64,000 bases of DNA from an uncultured Candidatus Saccharibacteria bacterium (GTDB taxonomy: Bacteria; Patescibacteriota; Minisyncoccia; Phycocordibacterales; CAZPGN01), in NCBI GenBank assembly GCA_964586635.1, contig CAZPGN010000003.1, positions 8,945 through 72,944 on the forward strand. The letters are read 5' to 3'. Both the position numbers and the translations under genes were made by a program. The notes beneath the pieces were generated by a model. That model saw only the letters and a program-made list of their open reading frames with translations. It made no database searches and was not told where the DNA came from. Numbering within the stretch: position 1 is the first letter of the stretch; every line of letters begins with the position of its first letter. Of the stretch, positions 57,273 through 64,000 are shown one piece after another.

Positions 57273-57914
57273 ATGCCAAGCGCGTATGATATCCCATTTT
57301 ATGCGAAAGGATTTTATGATCACCGAGCTCGGTGGATGCATTATTTCAATCAGATACGATTCGTAGCTCGCGAGATCGCAGGACGGAAAGGTGGTCTTAT
57401 TGGCTTCAAGGCGCTTGAGGTCGGTCCTTCGCATGGTCAGGTGACAGGCTATCTCCGGAAGTTCGGAGTAGATGTTACGACACTCGATAATAAAAAGGAG
57501 TACTCGCCCGATGTCCTCGGAAGCGTGCTCGATATGCCATTCGCCGATAAGTCCTTTGATATGGTGATTGCCTGCGAAGTCCTCGAGCACTTGCCATACG
57601 AAGATTTTCCGAAAGCGCTCGCTGAACTGCGCCGTGTGTCCCGCGACAGCGTTCTCCTGTCCGAACCGGACAGCCGCCGTTTACTGCTCGGTCTTTCCCT
57701 CAAACTTCCTTTTCTTAAACAAAGACACGTCATGGTAAAAATGCATCGCGGCGGCGGACCTGTCGTTGACAAGGGTCACTACTGGGAAATAGGCGTCAGG
57801 GGCTTCCCGCTTTCCCGTATTCGGAGGTCGCTGAGAACGGCCGGATTTTCCATCGCGGAAGAACGAAATTACCTCGACACGCCCAGAAATTACTATTTTC
57901 TATTGCGTCGATAA
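57273..57914 (+). CDS. Class I SAM-dependent methyltransferase
   Basis: ALEVGPSHGQVTGYL motif I; VIACEVLEHL motif. Confidence 0.6.
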   Translation: MPSAYDIPFYAKGFYDHRARWMHYFNQIRFVAREIAGRKGGLIGFKALEVGPSHGQVTGYLRKFGVDVTTLDNKKEYSPDVLGSVLDMPFADKSFDMVIACEVLEHLPYEDFPKALAELRRVSRDSVLLSEPDSRRLLLGLSLKLPFLKQRHVMVKMHRGGGPVVDKGHYWEIGVRGFPLSRIRRSLRTAGFSIAEERNYLDTPRNYYFLLRR

Positions 57915-57924
57915 TACCATAGGG

Positions 57925-58254
57925 TCACCTGACTATCGAACCTGCGGGAATAACTTCTTCAGGAACTAGAAGGACCGGCTTTCCATCTCCGGCCGCGAGT
58001 ATCATGCCGTCGCTCGTGAGTCCGCGAATCGTGCGAGGCAAAAGATTTGCGAGCACAAAAACATGCTTGCCAATGAGCTGGTCGGGTTCGTGCCACTCGG
58101 CGATGCCTGACAATATCTGTCTAGGCTCTTTTTCATTGAGATCAACACGAAGACAGAGGAGCTTGTCCGCCCCAGTCACCTTCTTTGCTTCAAGAATTAT
58201 GCCTGAACAAATGTGAAGCTTCTTGAAATCATCAATAGTGACTTTTTCCAACAT
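57925..58254 (-). CDS. tRNA-binding protein (CsaA/Trbp111, EMAP/MetRS C-terminal-like OB fold)
   Basis: 109 aa; ...DKLLCLRVDLNEKEPRQILSGIAEWHEPDQLIGKHVFVLANLLPRTIRGLTSDGMILAA typical tRNA-binding OB-fold signature. Confidence 0.7.
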   Translation of the reverse strand: MLEKVTIDDFKKLHICSGIILEAKKVTGADKLLCLRVDLNEKEPRQILSGIAEWHEPDQLIGKHVFVLANLLPRTIRGLTSDGMILAAGDGKPVLLVPEEVIPAGSIVR

Positions 58255-58329
58255 GGTGCGCGCGCTAGGGGTCGAACCTAGGACCTTTCGAGTATCAGTC
58301 GAATGCTCTACCAGCTGAGCTACGCGCGC
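58254..58329 (-). tRNA. tRNA-Ile (anticodon GAT), CCA encoded
   Basis: Minus-strand sequence GCGCGCGTAGCTCAGCTGGTAGAGCATTCGACTGATACTCGAAAGGTCCTAGGTTCGACCCCTAGCGCGCGCACCA. A 7-bp acceptor stem, D-arm, anticodon loop CTGATAC (GAT), T-arm GGTTCGA. Confidence 0.85.
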
Positions 58330-58557
58330 AGAGCATCACGAATATACCAAACAACCGCCTTACATTCAAGGTGGTTTACCTCTGAAATATCCACGAGTGC
58401 GCGCTTTCTTTTGTTTCGTTCTACCTCTGTTCGATTCACCGATCGAGATGAGGATTTCTGGTGCATTTCAAGGTATCGGCACCATAACCTGCGTTTATAC
58501 AAGACAAACGATCGACATATCAGTCTTCCTGCGCGAAACGCGCGGGAAAACGTCTTT

Positions 58558-60540
<1,983 letters not shown>

Positions 60541-60633
60541 AGAACGAAACAAAAGAAAGCGCACTGAATCTCGGGGGCAATTGCTAGAGTCCCCCGAGAA
60601 GTGGATATATTTTATTTTCAAAGGACGCTGACC

Positions 60634-60661
60634 ATTATATGCCCCGATTGATTTAAGTCAA
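60634..60661 (-). promoter_or_regulatory. Putative sigma-70-type promoter for the 16S rRNA (TTGACT-16 nt-TATAAT)
   Basis: Minus-strand reading ...CCTTGACTtaaatcaatcggggcaTATAATggtc. The -35 element overlaps the secF stop codon. Predicted TSS ~60626, about 85 nt upstream of the mature 5' end. Confidence 0.5.
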
Positions 60662-61540
60662 GGAACGCGACTGCGGCCAAAGGATGTGCCACATGACGAG
60701 CAGTGGGCTGGCAAAAAAGATGGATGAGTATGTCCCCGCAACCATGCCGAGAACAAGCGCGAGCGCAAAGAGGCGCGTTGCTTCACTGCCGAAAACAAGG
60801 AGTGCAGAGAGAACCAATATGGTCGTAAAGGATGTGTTAAATGAGCGGTTATAAGTTTGCGAGATGCTCGTGCCGACAAGCTCGGCGAAGTCTCGAGACG
60901 ACCGCTCACGAAGATTTTCACGAATCCTATCGAATACTACTATAGTATCGCTCACAGAGAGGCCAAGGATAGCGAGAAGCGCCGTAAGGTACAGACTATC
61001 GATCTCGAATCCGGCGGCGGCAAAAATACCGGTTGGAATGAGAACATCATGCGCAAGCGCAATAACTGCGGCAACACCATATTTCCACGAGGAGACAGGG
61101 CGAGACACTTTTCTAAATACGAACGCGATGTATACGATAATGAGCGTTACAACGCCGAGGATCGCATATGTCCCCTTGCGCCGCAATTCCTCTCCGATGA
61201 CGGGGCCGATCGAAGTGTAGCGCACCTCCGTATACTCGCCGAGATTTCGAATAGTTCCAGCCAATCGCCCCCGTTCATCTTCGGTAAGCGAATGTGTCTT
61301 AATAATTATTCCTCTGTCGTCGGTCGGTATGATGGTTGCGTCTGAAAATCCGTAAAAACCAAGTTCATCAGACATAAGCGCCTTACCTGGACGCTCTACG
61401 GAAAACTCGACTTCATAAAGAGTTCCCCCGGTAAAGTCTATTCCCAGATTGAGGCCATAGTAACCTATAGAGAACGCGGCAAGCGCCATGAATAGAAATG
61501 ACAGGCCGAGGAAAACTTTTGAATTTCTAATGACAAACAT
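60653..61540 (-). CDS. secF: Protein translocase subunit SecF
   Basis: GIDFTGGTLYEVEF, 6 TM helices, adjacent to secD. Confidence 0.8.
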   Translation of the reverse strand: MFVIRNSKVFLGLSFLFMALAAFSIGYYGLNLGIDFTGGTLYEVEFSVERPGKALMSDELGFYGFSDATIIPTDDRGIIIKTHSLTEDERGRLAGTIRNLGEYTEVRYTSIGPVIGEELRRKGTYAILGVVTLIIVYIAFVFRKVSRPVSSWKYGVAAVIALAHDVLIPTGIFAAAGFEIDSLYLTALLAILGLSVSDTIVVFDRIRENLRERSSRDFAELVGTSISQTYNRSFNTSFTTILVLSALLVFGSEATRLFALALVLGMVAGTYSSIFFASPLLVMWHILWPQSRSLT

Positions 61541-61544
61541 GGTA

Positions 61545-62849
61545 TTACAAAATCGGAATAAAATGGCGGGGTGCGAACACGCCTGTGGCGACCATCGCGC
61601 GCAAAAAAGTTCGTGTTAAAACGAGTCCCGTAAACATGCTGACGATTACTCCCACACCAAACACGAGCGCAAAGCCTTCGATTAAGCTGCTTCCGAACCA
61701 GAACAAAATAACGGCCGTGATAATGCTTGATATGTTGCTGTCGCGAATCGACAGCCAGGCCCGTCGGAATCCGTCTGTTATTGCGTCATCGAGTGTTTTG
61801 CCGCGACGAAGTTCTTCTTTCATGCGTTCAAAGATGAGAACATTCGCGTCAACGGCAAGCCCGATAGACAGGATGAATCCCGCGATGCCCGCCGATGTGA
61901 GCGTAACAGGCACGAGTTTGAAAACCGCAAGCATGATAAGGATATAAATCGTGAGGGATGCGGAGGCAACTATTCCCGGTATCCGATACCAAACCAACAG
62001 AAAGAGCGCAACGGCAAGAAGGCCGTACACACCAGCCCGAACGCCTTTCAGAAGAGCCGGAGCACCAAGCGTAGCGCCAACATGCTGTGTCGAGAGCAAC
62101 TCGATCGGTACTGGCAGGGCGCCTGAATTCAAGCGTCCAGCAAGTTCGCGCGCCGACCGAGCATCGAAGTTTCCGCTTATGACCGCCTCGCCGCTTGTAA
62201 TAACATCCTGAACGATTGGTACAGAGATCGGCTGGCCATCCAAAAAGATCGCGACCTGTTTGCCGATATGGGTATTAGTAATTTCAGAAAAGAGCCGTGC
62301 GCCCTCGGTATCAAAATTGAGAACAACAACCGGCGTCGATTGCCCTATACCACTTTGCTGACTGAATTGAACAGAGGCGCGTTTTAAAAATCGTCCGTTA
62401 AGCGCTGTCGGCACGAATTGCTCTGAAGACCCTTCCGGCGCGGGTATCCTAAACTCAAGGAAGGGCGTTTCGCCAATGAGTCGTATCGCCTCGCCAACAT
62501 TTGTTATCCCGGGCAATTCGACAATGAGACGATACTCCTTGTCATCGCCAAAACCTGATTTTTCCGACTGCACAACCGGCTCACTAACGCCGAACAGATT
62601 CACTCGCCGCTCAATGACATCGCGGAGCGCATCTATTGATCCTTTAATTTCTCCTGTGGCTATTCCCGATATATCTGCCCGATACAGGAGCTGGGTTCCA
62701 CCTTGCAAATCGAGACCGAACGAGAATGCAAATCGCCCCAAAGCTCCTTCCGGAGACGATTCTGAACGGTACAAGAAAAAACCAACTCCAACCGCGCAAA
62801 GCAGAACGAGTATTGCCATGGCGCGAACAGTTGCGGTGCTTACATTCAT
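61545..62849 (-). CDS. secD: Protein translocase subunit SecD
   Basis: GLDLQGGTQLLYRAD; periplasmic domain plus 6 C-terminal TM helices. Confidence 0.8.
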   Translation of the reverse strand: MNVSTATVRAMAILVLLCAVGVGFFLYRSESSPEGALGRFAFSFGLDLQGGTQLLYRADISGIATGEIKGSIDALRDVIERRVNLFGVSEPVVQSEKSGFGDDKEYRLIVELPGITNVGEAIRLIGETPFLEFRIPAPEGSSEQFVPTALNGRFLKRASVQFSQQSGIGQSTPVVVLNFDTEGARLFSEITNTHIGKQVAIFLDGQPISVPIVQDVITSGEAVISGNFDARSARELAGRLNSGALPVPIELLSTQHVGATLGAPALLKGVRAGVYGLLAVALFLLVWYRIPGIVASASLTIYILIMLAVFKLVPVTLTSAGIAGFILSIGLAVDANVLIFERMKEELRRGKTLDDAITDGFRRAWLSIRDSNISSIITAVILFWFGSSLIEGFALVFGVGVIVSMFTGLVLTRTFLRAMVATGVFAPRHFIPIL

Positions 62850-62861
62850 GTGGTCTGCATT

Positions 62862-63725
62862 CTACTCTGCAAGAAAAACATTTTCAAATAAACACGCCAC
62901 AGTGAGCGGCCCAACTCCTCCAGGCACAGGCGTATAGTAGGATGATTTTGCATAACAATCCGGTTCAATATCGCCCGAGAGCGCTCCCCCATGCCCTGCG
63001 CCAGCGCTCGTGCCGGCATCGATAAGCACTGTCCCGTCAGTGACCATATCTGGCGTAATAAGATGGGGAGTTCCGGCGCCAGACACAATTAGTTGGGCCG
63101 TCCGGGTGAGAGCGCCAATATCCGCTGTCAGAATGTCAGCGACTTCCACTTTGGCGCCTTTTTGTCGCAACCATTCTGCAACCGGCATACCGACGAGGCG
63201 CCCGCGCCCCACAACAACCGCGCTCTTTCCGGACAATTCCCAACCAATGTGCTGAAGTATCGAACGCACCGCTCCAGCAACGGGTGGTGTCATTGGATTC
63301 TTTCGGAGAACAAAACGCGCATAGCTCTCGTTCGAAAGCACATCAACATCTCGTTCGGTCGGTATCGAATTGAGCACTAGCGTAGTGTCGATATGTTTTG
63401 GAAGAGGCAGTTGCACGACACAGGGAGTATTGACTTCAGCAACCATGCCTCGAAGCGTTTCTGTGCTCGTATCCATTGACAAATGCGCTTCTTCGAAGTG
63501 AGCCCCAACAGATCGAGCGAATTTCTGCTTCACGCGCGTAAAGCGCTCCGAGACCGCATCATCACCGACACGAAAAACAATAAGCCGCGGCGGAGAATGC
63601 CGCGCCGCGACTTCGGAGGCAAGTCGCTCGGCGATCTCGGCGGCAAGCGCCGCGCCATCGATTTTTTGTGGCAAGTTCGGCATGGTAGGATGGTACCATG
63701 GAATTGAAATCCTTCGCGAACGCAC
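62862..63725 (-). CDS. folD: Bifunctional 5,10-methylene-tetrahydrofolate dehydrogenase/cyclohydrolase FolD
   Basis: KIDGAALAAEIAERL start region; GRGRLVGMPVAEWL; TPVPGGVGPLTVACL. The start is probably MPNLPQK (~63683). Confidence 0.7.
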   Translation of the reverse strand: MRSRRISIPWYHPTMPNLPQKIDGAALAAEIAERLASEVAARHSPPRLIVFRVGDDAVSERFTRVKQKFARSVGAHFEEAHLSMDTSTETLRGMVAEVNTPCVVQLPLPKHIDTTLVLNSIPTERDVDVLSNESYARFVLRKNPMTPPVAGAVRSILQHIGWELSGKSAVVVGRGRLVGMPVAEWLRQKGAKVEVADILTADIGALTRTAQLIVSGAGTPHLITPDMVTDGTVLIDAGTSAGAGHGGALSGDIEPDCYAKSSYYTPVPGGVGPLTVACLFENVFLAE

Positions 63726-64000
63726 TTGAAGCAGAATTGGCTATTGCCGCAGACCTTTCGTTTTTGCTTGAGGAATACGCGGCGAAAAACAAACCCGTAC
63801 TGCTCGCTCTCTCGGGCGGTTCATCGCTTGGATTTCTTGACGGTGTGACCAACAAATCCTTTGGCTCACATCTTACTATCATGCCGATCGACGAACGCTA
63901 TGACCCGACAGGGAAAGAGAGCAATTTTGAGAAGCTTGTGGAGAGCGATTTTTTCGCCCGAGCACGCAGTGCGGGAGCGGATGCGATAGACACGCGCGCG
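63698..64000 (+). CDS. 6-phosphogluconolactonase / glucosamine-6-phosphate isomerase family protein, N-terminal fragment; the 3' end runs off the window
   Basis: Translation MELKSFANALEAELAIAADLSFLLEEYAAKNKPVLLALSGGSSLGF...HLTIMPIDERYDPTGKESNF matches the lalSGGs...DER...SN motifs of the family. Not in the ORF track because no stop lies in the window. Confidence 0.45.
   Translation, partial: MELKSFANALEAELAIAADLSFLLEEYAAKNKPVLLALSGGSSLGFLDGVTNKSFGSHLTIMPIDERYDPTGKESNFEKLVESDFFARARSAGADAIDTRA

Overview
This 64 kb window is gene-dense. Most of it (about 1–50.6 kb) is one cell-surface glycan biosynthesis supercluster, almost entirely on the minus strand. It is followed by a TraD/VirD4-like ATPase, a putative glycoside hydrolase, rsmI–murC–murD, a tRNA-binding protein, tRNA-Ile(GAT), and a 16S rRNA gene carrying a ~0.5 kb insertion, then secDF, folD and a partial 6-phosphogluconolactonase-like gene. 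The glycan locus encodes (functions assigned from protein motifs I recognised by eye; no database search was run): a complete GDP-D-glycero-alpha-D-manno-heptose pathway (GmhA, HddA, HddC–GmhB fusion) with downstream modifying enzymes; nonulosonic-acid enzymes NeuB and NeuC; UDP-sulfoquinovose synthase next to a CysH-type sulfite-forming reductase; four TagB/TagF-like polyol-phosphate transferases; eight GT4, two GT2, one GT9 heptosyltransferase and one GT-C glycosyltransferase; nine methyltransferase-family proteins; a Wzx-like flippase and an MsbA-like ABC exporter; a split transketolase; a radical SAM/SPASM enzyme; an AsnB-type amidotransferase; and a secreted LTD–PKD surface protein. The 16S insertion, the 16S unlinked from 23S, the LTD surface protein and the compact overlapping genes together suggest a Candidate Phyla Radiation-like bacterium (inference). 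One notable non-coding feature is a palindromic ~22–35 bp REP-like hairpin present four times; two inverted copies flank an internally deleted Y1 (IS200/RAYT-like) transposase remnant, a REPtron-like arrangement. No CRISPR array was seen.
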